In this document: positions 1-16,049 of the stretch, in pieces
Layout: the number at the start of each line of letters is the position of its first letter
How positions within the stretch are numbered: the first letter of the stretch is position 1
From: the human T2T-CHM13v2.0 reference genome, Homo sapiens
Length of the DNA stretch: 64,000 nt
NCBI RefSeq assembly: GCF_009914755.1
Contig: NC_060932.1
Direction: 5' to 3' (one strand)
The notes under the pieces: model-generated
Told to the model about the DNA's origin: nothing
The model's input: the letters and a program-made list of their open reading frames with translations, nothing else
The model's database searches: none
Program-made: the position numbers and the translations under genes

Positions 1-589
1 GCAAGCAAATAATATGCACACTGCTCTTGGCTAAGAAGAGAGAGAGAGGGAGGACAGAGAACTTTTTCAATAACTACAAGCTTGGAGAGCTTATACAGAT
101 AAATGGGTTCAGTTTCTGCTGAGGAAGAAAACATTCAATTAAGACTTCAAAATTGCTGAAGGATACTTTAAAACACAGTGTCAGTGTCTGTCTCTCACCT
201 TAGAACTATCTAGTATATATTATAGGAAACTTAGAACAGTTAGAGATTTTAGTTTTTCAGTAACTGCTTTTCTTCTATTTCTTCCACCTATCCAAATAGG
301 TTTTCTACCATGAAGAAAAATGCAAAGCAATTCCGTCTGTATTTATTAACTCTAATTTTTAAAGAAGTAACAGTATAAGGCACAATGTCTGCCAGACTGG
401 ATTACCTCACCCCAATTCAGTTCTAGTATTCATAGAAAAAAATCTATGCATCTATTTGCCTACTTAGTTTAAGATTTTCAGGTGATTCTGATGTTCTCCT
501 TGGTTTAAGAACCACTTCTCTAGATCAGTACCATTAAGATCATTTTATCTATATTCCTTAGTGGACTGACATTATCAACATCATTGCTA

Positions 590-800
590 ATTACCATTAA
601 TATGCGCCCATGTACAACATCAAGCATTTCACATGTATTGACTTACTTGGTATTCATTACAAGTTTTGACATAGGTATTATTTTACAAATGAGGAAACTT
701 TTGGGTTTGTAAAGGATTGGTGAAGTCACTTAATCGCAAAGTTCACAGAGGTACTAAGTAAAGAAGCTTACGAACCCCAAAGATTTCACTCTTTAACAAT
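590..800 (-). mobile_element. MIR fragment
   Basis: attattttacaaatgaggaaact...aagtcactt...aagttcacag MIR core. Confidence 0.6.
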
Positions 801-2619
801 GTGTTGTATTTCCTTGGTTATATAAGAGCTGAAAGGGTTAGCAATAAAGTAGAAATGGAATATAGGGAACTAGGTTTGCAATAAGGTTGAAGATAAAGAG
901 AAATTAAATTTCACAGGCTCTATTAATCAGATCTCTGTCACTCTAATGTTCACTACCTCCAGTTCTGAAGCTGCAAGGCTTCCTCAACTGCTGAATAACT
1001 GATGAATGTTGTAGGTTTACTCATTCATCTAACCTTTGTTACACCATATTGCCACTAGCATTTTTCATGATATGCAGATACATTCTGAACCACAAAGTTG
1101 AATAACACACCAGTGCAATAAAATTATATAGTCATGGTTTTGCAATGATTTCAAAGTATGTTGTTTCATCCCTAAATCAATCATCTAACTCATGATGGAC
1201 ACTCCATAAAGCCTTATTAAATATACAACTATGATCTCACACTTGGAGAAACTGGATTATTGTCAGAAAGGCACACACATACCACCACCAGATCAACAGC
1301 AGAGCCAGGCATTGAGGTTTGCCCGATTACCAGACACTTGGCTTAACCAGTGTGTGTCATTTTTCATCCCATGACCATATAATATGGTTCGAATCCTTAC
1401 TTAACTGACTTGCTAAACTATCAAGCAGGATTTTATAATCCAATTTGCTTCTCATCATTTAGGCAGCTGTTTTAACCAAACTGTGCTAATTTGTTTCAGG
1501 GAATACATAAAATCCAGTGTTTTTCTACCCGGGCTGGAAAAATAACATATTTTGCTAGTGAAAGAAGTATAGATTACTGCTATAAAAACATATGATAGGA
1601 AATTAAGCCAATTACAAGATGTAAAATTTAAGGTTTAAACTGCTTAGTAAATTCTTATTAATCTTGCACTAAAAATTGATACCAACAACAGATAAGAGTT
1701 ACTTTGTGTAAACTAGCTCTCCTCAAATTAGTGCTATTTCTTTCCTAGTAAAAATAAGTATTAATATAAAGTGTGTCTTTATTCTCCCCGTATCCTCCAA
1801 ATCATATCAATAGCTTTGGAGTACTTTTGGCTCCACGATAGCCAAAGTCCAGTAAAGCCCTTGGTAATTTGAGACCTGCAGTACACATTTGACAGAAGCC
1901 CCCTTTATTTTCCTTTCCATCAAAACACATGATTGTTATCACTACATATTACTTTATGTTTGGACACTTAGTGCTCACGAAATTAACTGAATCATTTGTA
2001 TCAAGGCACAGGAAGAATTATTGTACTAAAAAATAGAAAAATAAAATCAAGTAAAATAGAATAAAGTCTGTGGACGTCCAGTTACACAAAACTAGTAACA
2101 AGTAACATGAAACAACCAACGGATGTAAGTTTCAGAGTATTTAATGGCACTCACTACATAGTAGTTCTGTACTATAAGAGCAAGGAAAATCCTAGGTTGT
2201 CAAAAGTGCATTCATCTAATTTTCATTGTCAAGCAGAGAAACTTCCATATAGCCAGATATTAAATCTTAAGTTCAGTTCTGACATTCCTAAGATATTGTA
2301 CACACAAAGGTAAGCTGTTCCTTGTGTATGTATGGGGTATATTTAATGGAGAGGGGATTAAGAATGACAAAAGACAACCCCATATTATACATTGGCATGT
2401 GCATCTACCTCCACTTTTGTTTACTTCATTAACAAGAAATTAACAAGTTACCTGAAAATTTACAGTCAAGTGACTACCATAATAGAATAAATGCAATGTA
2501 TGTTTTTTTTAAAAGACTATCTCCAAAATACAGTTAATGCTTAAGATCTTGGCAACATGATAAATATAGGTGCGTAATTGGTTGTTTCAAGGTAATACCC
2601 AGAAGAAGTTAAAGATTAT

Positions 2620-3150
2620 AATTTTGCATAATAAATACCTATTCTCCTAGAGTTGGTCTTAGAGAAAAGATCACTTAAGAGACCACTGAAGTAGTCAAGG
2701 TAGGCAAAGAGAGGAAAGAGTAGAGCTGGGTTAAGAGAGGAAGAAGCCAACAAGTTGTGAAGGTGGTAGAATCCAGTGGAATTGGTGACCAAATGTATAT
2801 GGGAAATAAGGATAATCTCGGAGGAGTTTCGGGTGACTTCTAGGTTGTGGCTAAAGTGAGTAGGGAGGTAATACCACCTTCTAAAATAGGGCATAGTAGG
2901 CTGAAGAGCCCATTTGAGCAGAGAATTAGATGTCATTTTAGATATTTTGAATTTGAAATACATGTGGAATAACCAGGTGGAAATATGAAGATTAGGCGCT
3001 GGAGTAATAACGACATGCAGAAAGAGCTGGTAGAGAAAAGGAGGAAAAGATAATAAACAGGTCATAACAGGTAAATAAGATCCTCTTGGAAAAGAAGAGC
3101 TAAGGCCTAAGAATGCTTGGGGTAGCCTTAAAAGAAAAAAGTTTATCTCT
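2620..3150 (-). mobile_element. L2 fragment
   Basis: Purine-rich + strand with L2-like motifs (tgacttctaggttgtggc, gatattttgaatttgaaatacatgtggaata). Boundaries approximate. Confidence 0.55.
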
Positions 3151-4748
3151 TTCACAAGAAAATACAAGTCGGTACAATGTTTAAAGATATACAGATGGGC
3201 AGAAAGGTGAGGGTGCTGACTTCCAATTGTCTGTCATAAAGAGAAAACAACATCATCTACTGAAAAGAAACAGTCAAGTTTAGGAATAACTACTGTGCCA
3301 AATGAGAGAGAGAGAGAGCAAGGTAACCGATCATTAAGCTGGCCTGAGGGATCAGCTGAAATTGTAAGGACACTCATCCACACAGTCTGTAATTTCTGAA
3401 ACCTTATGCTAAATCTGCATTGGAAAACTTTGATGTACTAGAAGGGGATGGGATAAGAAAGTGGCAAGAAGATAGAGAAATTAGTATGCTTTTCATGTCT
3501 ACTTTATGTGGGTGGCTGAAAGGACAGATCCTAGAGAGCCTTCTCTCTATCCCTACAGAACACCAAAACACCAGCCTATCTTCCTTAGCCTGTTTATGTT
3601 ATTCCATCATAAAAAGACTAACAGCCATGATGCAACTTTCTCATCAACACTGCCTAATGGAGTCTTTCCTTATACATAGGTACACCTCTCCAATCTGATG
3701 CGAGTTTAAATTAACCATGTCACTATCAGCATAAGAAATCAGATGGCATCATTTTTCTAGCATTACAACCTAGTCCATGCACATGTTGAGCCTGCTATAA
3801 AAGTAAAAGAACACAAAAATAGTCAACTTTTGAAAAGTAACTGGCCAAAAGGATTGTATACGAAATATACACATATTTAAATTATCCATTCTCTTTCATT
3901 TACTTCTATGCTCATAAAAATGTTGGTCTTAAATTTATCACCCATTTATATATATAAATTTATCACCCTCTCTCTATATGTGTGTGTGTGTTTATGTAAA
4001 AAAATGTTTTAAGTACCACCACATTAACAATGCTAAAAATTGATGAAACCCATGAACAGATTTCTGGTGAAGCACATATGCCAAGTTTTACCTCAGGAAT
4101 ATTTTAAAATTCTTTTTCTTAAAGCAATTTTTCAAAAACAAGTTGACATGTCCTCAATTCTATTTGCCTTAGCTGGCAACACTCAAGACTTAGAAAGCTT
4201 AGAACTCAAGAACAGAAGCTAAAACTATCATTGTACGACAAAACAGTCTATAAATTCAGCATTTTTAGTATAACTTTGGACTTATTTCAATCCATCTAAA
4301 AATTAAAGACCTTGTACTTGGACCCAATAATCTAGTTTTAAGTTGTCCAGCTCTGAAAAATTCAAAGTTCTTTGTCATTGTGGAAGTCTTGGACACTCAT
4401 CTTAAAAAATAAAATAACCACATTTTTAATATATTTTTTAAACCTGTTAAGGAATGCATGTTCTTTGCCTATGGTGGGCAAGAGTTCCAAAGACAATTCA
4501 CAAAAAAATGAAGTGCAACTTGTAAAGAAATGAAGGAGGAATCCTCCTCATTAATAAATAAATATGACTGAAAACAGATCAAGTATTGTTTTATAAAATT
4601 ATGTTTTACAATACAAAATTAAGTTCTGGCAAGATGTCGTAAGGCTAGTACTCATGCTGGTAGCATAATAACAAACACAAGCTTTTTGGAAAGCCATTTG
4701 GCAATATAAATATGTTGGCAAAAAAAATCACATCCTTTTATACAGTAA

Positions 4749-5750
<1,002 letters not shown>

Positions 5751-6319
5751 AATTACATACTACTGTAAATCTTCAAGCTAATTTTTAAACTTTTTTCAGA
5801 AGATATATATTAATAACCCAATAGTTATGCATTATGAGATAAGAATAAAATGGATATAATCTAAATATTTACCTTAGAATTTTGTAACCTCATGGCTTCC
5901 TACTGGGTCCTGTAAAAAATTCTTATCCTCCTGGGAGGATTGTCAGGTATTGGGGAAACCTTGGCCAGAACTCTAATAGAAATTAGAGACAACTGCCCAA
6001 GCCAGTGGGGACAGTAAATCAAGCAGATAGGAAGAATAAGAAGACACGAAGGCTCAGGATGGATGCACCAAAGCCACAAAATCATGCTCTACCACAAAAT
6101 CATGCTCTACTGGATGGTAAAATGGTGCCCTTCATGCTTCATGAATAAAGGACCTAGGTTCACTTGTCTAACTGAGGAGCTAGGAATCTGGAACAATACT
6201 ACTTTATGGAAACTGAAGAGCTCTAGTGTCTTAGCAAGCCACCCTGGGTCAGCTGAAAGAGTTGCCACACACTAATTAAATAGCCGGAGGCATTTGGCAA
6301 ATGGTGCAGACACCATTTT

Positions 6320-7930
6320 TTTTAAATCGATAACAAAATATTTTACCTATCTATGGGTACATCTGAATATTTGTTACATGCATAGACTGTGTAATGATCA
6401 ATTCAGGGTATTTGGGGTATCCAACAACTTGAGTATTTATCATTTCTATGCGTTGCTAACACTTCAACCCTCTCTTCTAGCTTCTTTGAAATATACACGT
6501 TGTTAACTATAGCCACCCTACTCTGCTATCAAATATTAGAGTTTATTTATTCTACCTATGTATATTTTTATACCCACCAACCAAACTCTGTACCTCCCTT
6601 CCTACCCACACATCCTTCCAATCCTCTGGTATCCCATCATTCTATTCTCTATCTTCATGAGATCAATTTTTTAGCTTCTACATATGAGAACATGTGATAT
6701 TTGTCTTTCTGTGCCTGGCTTATTTTATTTAACATAATGACCTCCAGTTTTAACCATGTTATTGCAAAATGATGATTTCATTTTTTATAGCCAAATAGTA
6801 TTCCATTGTGTTTATATACCACATTTTCTTTATCCTTTCATCCATCCATCCATCCTTGGGCACTTGGTTTGATTCCATATCTTTGCTATTGTGAATAGTG
6901 CTGCAATAAACAGATGAGTGTTGATTTCTGAAGAAAATCACACAGAAATCCATTGTTATTCTGTTTTTTCTTTGAATAAATACCCAGCAGTGGGATTACT
7001 GGGTCATACGGTAGTTTCAGTTTTTTGAGAACTCTCCATACCGTTTTCTATAGTGGTTGTATTAATTTACATTTCCACCAATGGTATAGAAGCATTCCCT
7101 TTCTCCACATCCTCACCAGCATCTGTTATTGTCTTTTTAATAATAACCTTTCTAACTAGGGTTAGATCATATCTCATTTTGGATTTTTTATTTTTACATG
7201 TTTTTAACTTGTAAATTCAGAGGTACAAGTACAGGTCTGATTTGTATTTTTCTGATGATGAGTAATGTTGGTATTTTTTCATATACCTGTTGGGCATTTC
7301 TCTGTCATCTTTTGAGAAATGTCAACTCATGTTCTTTGTCCATTTTCTAATGGGTTTATTGTTGTTTGAGATCTTTGCATATTCTGGATATTCGTCTCTT
7401 ATTGGTCAAATACTTTGCAAATATTTTATCCCTTTCAACAGATCGTCTCTTCACTTTGTTGTTTCCTTGGCTGTGCAGAAGCTTTTTGGTTTAACGTAGT
7501 CCCGTTTGTCTATTTTTGTTATAGTTGTCTGTACTTTCAAGGTCTTAGTCATGAAATATTTACCTAGACCAATGTCTTAAAGTGTTTTCCCTATTTTTTT
7601 ACTAGTAGTTTTATGGTTTCAGGCCTTAGTTTAAGTCTTTAATCCATCTTCAGTTGTTTTTTTTTTTTTTTATATGGGGAGAGACAAGGTCCAGTTTCAT
7701 CCTTCTGCGTATGGATTCTCAATTTTCCCAGCACCATTTATTGAAGAGGCTCTCCTCTCCCCAGTGTATGTTGTTAGCACTTGTACTGAAAAATCAGTTA
7801 TCTGTAAGTCTGTGGATTTATTTCTGGACTATTTTGTTCCATTGGTCTATGTGTCTGTTTTTACAGCAATACATGCTGTTTGGATTACCATGGACTTGTA
7901 ACATATTGTGAAGTCAGGTAATGTTAAACC
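6320..7930 (-). mobile_element. Old L1 (L1MA-like) 3' end and ORF2 tail
   Basis: Reverse-complement L1 3'UTR and ORF2 motifs (minus ORF ...IKKMWYINTMEYYLAIK; ttcccagcaccatttattgaagagg). Confidence 0.85.
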
Positions 7931-10900
7931 TCACGAGCCTGCAACATCAGTTCCATAATCAGTCTCCACAGTATCAGAGATGTGTCCAAGTCCACATAGT
8001 TATTAAGTGGTAGTCCTGGGAAGAAAATCTGAAGGCATTTTTTTTCCTCTCTGTACACTGCTTTGCTGCCCTTGCTCTTTTTATTTCTTTGCTATTATAC
8101 CTTCCATCATTTGAAGGAAAAAAAAAAAGAGCAACAGAAGAAGGTGGCCAGAAGTGGAGCCCCAAGGTGGTGTCAAGATTGGAACAGATTGGCATCAACT
8201 AGAGATGCCAGGTCATCAAGGAACTGATCGCAAAAGAATCACCATAATTCTTACCCCAAATATCTAAATTTGCAATTCTACATTACGGCTTTTCTGTAAA
8301 GTTACTCTCACCAAAATTTTTAGTAACTGGATGCTTCACCAAATGAATTTGATCCATATACAGGTAGTGCTCCCCATCAATATTTTCAGCAGACCAGTTA
8401 TGAAAATACACAATTTGCTCATATACACACACTGAACAAATGGGGTATATATAAATATTTCTTGTTAGTCTACTGAAAATCCTAAACCTGTCCACAATAA
8501 TATCCTTGAAATGAAATTGCAGCATAAAAGTGCTGTATCAAATAACACTCCGACAACATAAAAACTTAGTGACATTAGAGTTTAAATTTCAAGTTAGGAT
8601 AAAACATTCTACAAAATTAGAAGTCTTATCACCACATTAAGCTAAAAATTTTAGTTTTGCTACATTTCTTGGTATGTTTATCAAATATTTTGCCTCTTTT
8701 TAAAGTCTTTGTGAATTTAGTTTTTAAAATATTAATACATTAAAATTAACCCAGAAATACTCATGTAATTTCAGCCTTGTGATAGTTCTAACTATCCACC
8801 TTTTCCCAGGCAAATGCTTCAGCCTCCCTCCTTCAAATACGTTATCTTAAATCTTTCATTTATGAATTCCTACAAGAATTACTTAACATATTGAAATAAA
8901 AGCTTTTCTTGTCAAAATATACATTCTCTCTGCTCACAACACAAAAGGTCATTTATTAAAGCTGTAATATCCCACCCACTTAGTGAAAATAAATAAATAC
9001 AATAAAACAGACTGTAATTCCCCAGCCCATCAACCAAGTCGATTAAAAATTGGGTGGCTCACCTGGTGGTGGCTATAGAAACATGTAAAGTATTTGGAAG
9101 CTAAACATAAAGCACAGATTCAGTAAAAAGGAGTCCCTCCCAAGAGGCATATAACCTCTGAGGAGACAGGTGACAGATGTGCCTTTGCACCAAAATAAAA
9201 TAAAGATCTGGCCAGCCAAGCTGGGAAGAAATTTAAACACAACAAAAGCTCATGTTAGCACATGTTGGTGCCAAATGCGTTCTGCAACCATAAACAGTAA
9301 AGCATTTTGATGAACTGAGGCAGTTAAGTCCTGGAATTAAAATGAAAACCTTCCAGACATCAACCTTGGACTGCCTACTACAAATGCTACCCACATTTTG
9401 CCATAGCGCAGGCTAACTGAGGCAAGAAAAATGAGATTTTTCTGTTATTGCATTTTTAATGAATAGTAGGAATCAAAATAAAGCCTTGAATCAGCACAAA
9501 ATACATTTTGAACATCCCTCCAAGAGCGAAGCCAGGTGTCAGGAGAGCCTGAAGTATCTACAAAAGATGAGGAAAGGGATTCTGAAGAAAGGAAACATGT
9601 TTATGAGCAAAAATAAGATAATTCTTGCTTGTTATTAACTCCGGCCAAGTCTAAACAAACATTTTTTTTTTCCTTCCAGTTATTATTGAGTCATATGGCC
9701 ACCGGCAGGAACTGTTATCACTTCATTTTCTGCAGAATGTTTCAGAAACTTGAAACCTCCCACACTTTCCCCATGTGAATACTCTGGATTTTTAAACAAT
9801 TGTGAAGTGTTTTCTTCTAAAATTGAATACATTTGATGGCCTAGTGGTATAGCTGATTTATCACAAGCTGAGAGAACAAGCGAAAAAATATAGAAAAGTT
9901 ACTAGACCAAAGGGCTCAATGATGAAAAAGTTATTATGGGACAGTTACACCAAACGACAATTTAAATAAATTAAATTATCTTTTTTTTTTTTTTTTTTTT
10001 TAACATTAAGGCTGTCTCTACTGTGCTTTTGACTCTGGTTCTGCTGTTCAATAACTTAAAAATGAAGAATATTTGCAAGAGCACAGCTCGAATTGCTGAG
10101 AGTAAAGTACTAACAGTTCAGAAGTTTGTTGTAACATTTGTATTACTGACCCCCATAAAGCACCTTCTCAACTTGTATAGAACCACAGGCAGAAGATGGC
10201 AAGTTAAATGCCAAGCGTTTTGCCTGCATTCTGGCAACATAACAAGAAAAAAAACATCTAGAATCTCAAAGTCTAGTGTGTGCTACTAGCTTGGTAATTT
10301 TAAAAAAATCCTTGATTTTTCTGGGACTGTCTGGCAAGTAAAATGCCTATTTTAGCTAAGTGTGGTTTATTTTAAACAGTATCGCTCCTAAAAATTTATA
10401 GTTGCTTAATATTAATATCATCTTTGAACCAGAGGTAACATCAAGGAAATATCTAATACCAACAGATCTGAACTGATGCCCTATAAGTCAGCAGAGCAGA
10501 ACATAGCTTCTTCAAAGTTATAGACTGCAGCCACCCTAGATCCCTTTGATTTTGCTATTATACTATCATCATCAATTTCACCAACCAACAACTTGAAGAA
10601 AGTTCTGCCTTTGCCACTGAACTGGCTAAGGGCTTCATCTCAAGTGGATTTCCTCTCAAACTAGTCTACTTCTTCCTGTGCTGAGGGCTAGTTCTTAAAT
10701 TTTCTCAGAGGTGGTCATTTCTGCTTAGCAGATAAAGTGTTGGATTTTGCCTTAAAGGAACTCAAAATGTAAAACACCAGGTTTCGTAACTCCAGCCAAG
10801 TTAAGTATGTGTGTTTTATTAACAGACACTAGCCAGAAATGCAAATTATTTCTACAAAGTTCTAATCCTGTTATCAACCCCTTGAGACATACCCCCTTAC

Positions 10901-13900
10901 CCTTCCATCCCTCCCCTGGCTATGGTTCTATATTTTTATTGCATGTTTTAAAAAAGAAAAACACTAGTAAAGCTACCCTAGATTCTGGTTTAGGAGTCCC
11001 AAGAGATGACACTGAGGTGTGGACTGGAGCAGTTTTCTAATTAAAAAGTCAGATGGTCTTTTTCTCTAAGGAAAGCTTCAACTCCCAGTGAATGCTTGGC
11101 TCATAGCTTCTTGGCCCAAGGCCATTTAGCATCTGCCTCAACAAAACCCCTTCCTGAAGTAGAGTCTAGCAAGCAATGTAGATTCAAGTCCTCAAAAACC
11201 AAAGAACTTGGAAAGCTAAAGAACCCCTTCCAAGCACAATTTTGAAAGAAAATTCATTTAATGGAAACAGCTATTTGCAAAATTTTAACCAATAGATGAA
11301 TAAGGAAAAAATGGAAAAATGGAACCGTTTTAGCCATTGATGAAAACATCAATCACAGCTCCCTTCTGATACAGTTTTTTTCTTTTGTTTTAGAAAGGCT
11401 TATTATATTTCCCCTTTATGAACCTTCAAACAATTGGAATCAGCGGTTTGAGTTCCCTGCTATCAGCATTTGGTTCTTTTTTTAATCTCTGTTGTAGCAG
11501 TTTATATACCTTTTCAAATCTTGAATCACTTCATTATCACAGCTCATGGTTTTAAAATATTTGCTATAATGAAAAACCACACATCTTACCCCCCAAAAAA
11601 ATGTATAGTTCACTGATTTTTTTTTCAGGCTGGTGGATTGGCGTGGACCTTATACCAATCATATCCCGACTCTGAAATAATTATTTGAGATTCATCTGGG
11701 GCTGTGACACAATCAGTCAGAATCCAGAAATGAGGCTCAGAACAGAGCTGTTAGAAATCACTTTCCTACATTCTTCATTTAGAAATTATCTCTATGGTGG
11801 CCTTCCTCTAAATCAAACTGCAAGAAGGTCTAGGAACTTGGGTGTTACAATAGACTCATTAGATGCTTTGTCTAGATTGCAATGATAACAGACTAATAAA
11901 TGGGTGCCAAAAAATAGATCACTGCAAAATGTAAATTCTAACGTTATTTATGTAAAGGCAATTTCTACACCCTATACATAATAAATGTAGACCATTTTTG
12001 TGTTTTGGGGCTTCTTCTGTAAAATCCATTAAGATAGCCCCCGGCTAGATATTTACTTAAACATAAATGAAAGCTATCATAAATTACTTAAGATATAAAA
12101 TAAAATGAAATTTGTATCACTATAAGAGACCACTCTGACCATGAATAAATCTAATCAGTGAGAGTCAGCATGTTGCTTATTCTGTTCTGTTCACACGCAG
12201 AAATCTGCTTGGTTTCACAGTGAGCAGACTTGGTAATGGTGTAATTCTGAAGTGCTTCTTGATTGAACACTCTATAAACAATGTAGTAAAACTATGAAGT
12301 GAATTCTTTATAGTTAGTGATTCATAAATCAGGTTAGGCCCACTGAAAACTGACAAAGGAAAAAAACATGAAAAGGGAAAGATTTGAATTAGGTTCTAGA
12401 AAGTCTCATGATTGTGCAGAAATCTATATAACTTTCTCCCATGACCACAGAACTGCCACCAATTATCTGCCTTCATATAAACTGCCACCATCTGTAGGAG
12501 TTTTAGAGGGGGGATGTTCTGTGCCAGCCTTTGAGGGTCAAGATTCGATAGTAACTTAAGAGAATCAACTGAAACCAGAAAACTGAGATAAGCAGAGAAT
12601 AATCTCTAAGTGTTCAGACAACAGCCCTGGTCTCCCCAAGAACCTCCAAGGGTGGCTAAACTGCCCATGGTTACCCTAAAAGTAGGGTCTCTTCCAATTC
12701 CAGCCCCAGGACAAATTTGATTTAGAAGCCCTGGGGAAAGGAGAAGGTTGCTGACTTCCTATATTAGGAGAGTAAAATGTACTGGCTGAACACCTAAATA
12801 TCTTATTTCAGCCCATGTTAACATTTTAAAAACCATTTGCAGTGCTATGATCTAATGCCCACGCCTCTTGAAATTGTCACAATGATCTCCTAAGAGATAC
12901 AGTGTTATCACATAGTTTCATTATATAAAATTTCAGCAAGCTTAATTTCTTCTACATCTTAAGTATCTAAAATAAAGATCTAAGTTTAGGATATTTTGAT
13001 TCTCTTATAGCACTGACTTTGTAGCCTGAAATAGCACTAGAAAGTAAAAATTTTAAACTAAATTTCTTTGTTCATAAAATTAAATATCTTGAATTTTAGT
13101 ATAAAAATACAAAATCATGTTTGCCCCTCTTAGGAAAATCCAGATAACAGGACAGCAAAGCTTTTTTTCTGGTCAATAGGAACTACACATTTGCTTTTTC
13201 TAGTTGTTCATGGGTAAAAATACTTTTGGCTAATAACTAATCCTGATTTTATTGTTATTGTTGTTAAAAGGAACAGATGCTAAAACATAAAAAAAAGGTT
13301 GTTTCATAGCTAGCTTGTCCATGCATTCAAAGGTATAAAATGAACTTAAATTATAGTTGCTGTTTTTATTTGACTATCTTTGTTTCTTACTGGGCTTCCA
13401 ACTCCAGTAGCGGACAAATGCACTAATTTTCTCAATATGGAAAATGCCAGCATTAAAGCCAAATAAAGTTGGGCTTAAGATGATTACAGTAGATTTCATC
13501 AAAGCAACTTGACACTCATCAAAATTCAGTCCCAGTTAGCTGATGAGATTTCATCAGGCTGCTTAAGCAGCAGGGAAATAAACAAAAGTGGAGAGACAAT
13601 GAAAACAATGTGACAACTGTCAAACAAAATGCCGAGCCCAACATTGAACATTTCCTTAAATGCAGTGCTGAAAATACTTATTCCCTCTCCTCCCCACACC
13701 ATGCACACATGCGTGCGTGCGCGCGCACACACAGACACACACACAATAAGTGATCACATATTTTTGAATTTTCAATCTTTATGTGTTCATTGCATAATAC
13801 TGATTGTGGAATAATGTTACTAAGTACTGAAAGTTACATAAAATATCAGCATTTTGAGAACTGTATGGTTAAAAAAAACTTTGAAATATGGGTGTTTAAG

Positions 13901-15728
13901 AGGTCACCGCCCTTGCTTGAACTCCTTTGAGCAAGTTCTTAATAAATGCAAGGTATTATAAAAGGAACGGTTCAAATTAGGCTACTACTGATGTTATAGT
14001 TTTGCAACTAGACATGCTCACGTGCCATCGCCTGGTGGAGAAATTTCACGTAGCGGTTCTTGGGATATCCAGGTCTTATGTTTCTGATAAAGTAGAAGCA
14101 AACTGGTAATGGCAACACAGAGTACACTGCTTCAAACACAGCTGCAGAAGCAACCCAAATAACTCTTAATTCAAAGCATATTTGATGACTATATTAAGTC
14201 AATCTGCACACTTAGAGTTGACAATTATACCAAATAGAGGAAGATCTGAAATGCAACAGACACTTGACATTTGAGGCCAAAATTACTTTAAATTACTCAA
14301 GTTAGCAATATCACTCTCACCATGTAAAAGACAAGAATACTACAAGGAATCTGTGCACAGATGCAAGACACAGGCATGTGGTTTTCTTCCACAGGTTTTG
14401 ACGTAAGATGAAAAGAAGAACAGAGGGAGAGGGGGACGGGAGCTTACACAATACACATCTTACCTGGATTAGTACTCAATTCCTTTTACCATTTATTTAG
14501 AGGTTCATTTCTTTTAGAGTTTTCAAGAAAGAGGTATAAGCACTCAGTATTTTGCAAAATAGACTCTTCAAATAAGCCAAAGTCTTTTGTATATTTTCTA
14601 AGTTTATGGTAATAATCAAACTTATAATTCAAGTCTCTGGTTTATTATCTTGGAATAGACATTCTAATAACTAAATTAAGATTGCATTAATGACTAATAG
14701 GATTGTATCACCAAAAAGTGAGCAGAAAATCTGTGAAAATTTTCTCGTAGGACTAAGGAAAGATAATAACTGCTGAATAAAATGTTATAGGGGCAATTCA
14801 AGATAAAATAAGTTTTGCTGAGGTACATATCATGTGCTTATCCACCTTATACTATATTTAAGTATATATAATTTGTATATCTAAATGAAAGATTGTAAGC
14901 CACTTAAAGATAACTTTTTATTGGTATATCATAGAATCTTGCAGAGTCCACCAAAAATAGGAGACATGTTACTGAATTCAGTCCATGCCAAGTTTCATAC
15001 TGGTCTTTTGAGAGGAAACACTGCAAAAATAATAGCTTAATCACCACAGTTCTTCTATACCATAACACAAAAAAAATCTTAATTGCATTACATCTGAGCA
15101 ATTCTCAGGGATTATTATGGGTTGAAAGACAAAGAAGCCATATGGGAGAAAGTGCTCTAGGTTTAACATCAAAGCAAGAATTAAGCTTTGCTTTATCATC
15201 TACCATCATCATCATGGGGAATTCACTCTTTCACCTCTCAGCACTTTAGTTTCCAGTCTGTAAAGGAAGGGATGCAAATGAGTGCATCTTGAAGTTCTGT
15301 TTTTATAGGAAGACATGCTCTTTTTACTCATGCATACAAAATCCCTGAAATGTCAAAGAGAAAAACAAAAAAACAGAACTACCTTATTTAACCAAGGATG
15401 AGAGTCCAGATATCTACCTGCCAGGCCTCTCTCCAAACCCTGAGAAAATCTAGTTTTATCACTAGATAAACTAGTGATAAACTCTAGGCCTAGAGTTTCC
15501 TTCTCTTCTACAAGCCCCATGCTGTCTTTAAGATTGAATTACTAATATATAATGGTTTAAGGAATTAAATTTCCAAAGGAAAAATATCTTTGTAAATGAA
15601 TCATCACAAATGGGCAATGACTTTTTCTTCCCTGTGTGAATTCTGTAAACCTCAAATTCTTCTGGAATGGCCAATCTATGAGATTCAATTTGGTAACCAA
15701 TTCTTACAGATTTTGATTTATCTCCTGA

Positions 15729-16049
<321 letters not shown>

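Noticed and set aside
2616-3167. 183-aa minus-strand ORF
   Set aside because: Overlies an L2 remnant; Leu/Phe/Ser-biased, non-ATG start, no recognisable domain.
14019-14040. CTCF-like gccatcgcctggtgg next to an E-box, and cacctggtgg near 9060
   Set aside because: Spacing and bases depart from the CTCF core consensus; cannot be called without ChIP data.
14457-14467. Strong minus-strand donor-like CAG|GTAAGA suggesting a cryptic exon
   Set aside because: I found no convincing upstream acceptor with a pyrimidine tract at exon distance; isolated donors are common in long introns.
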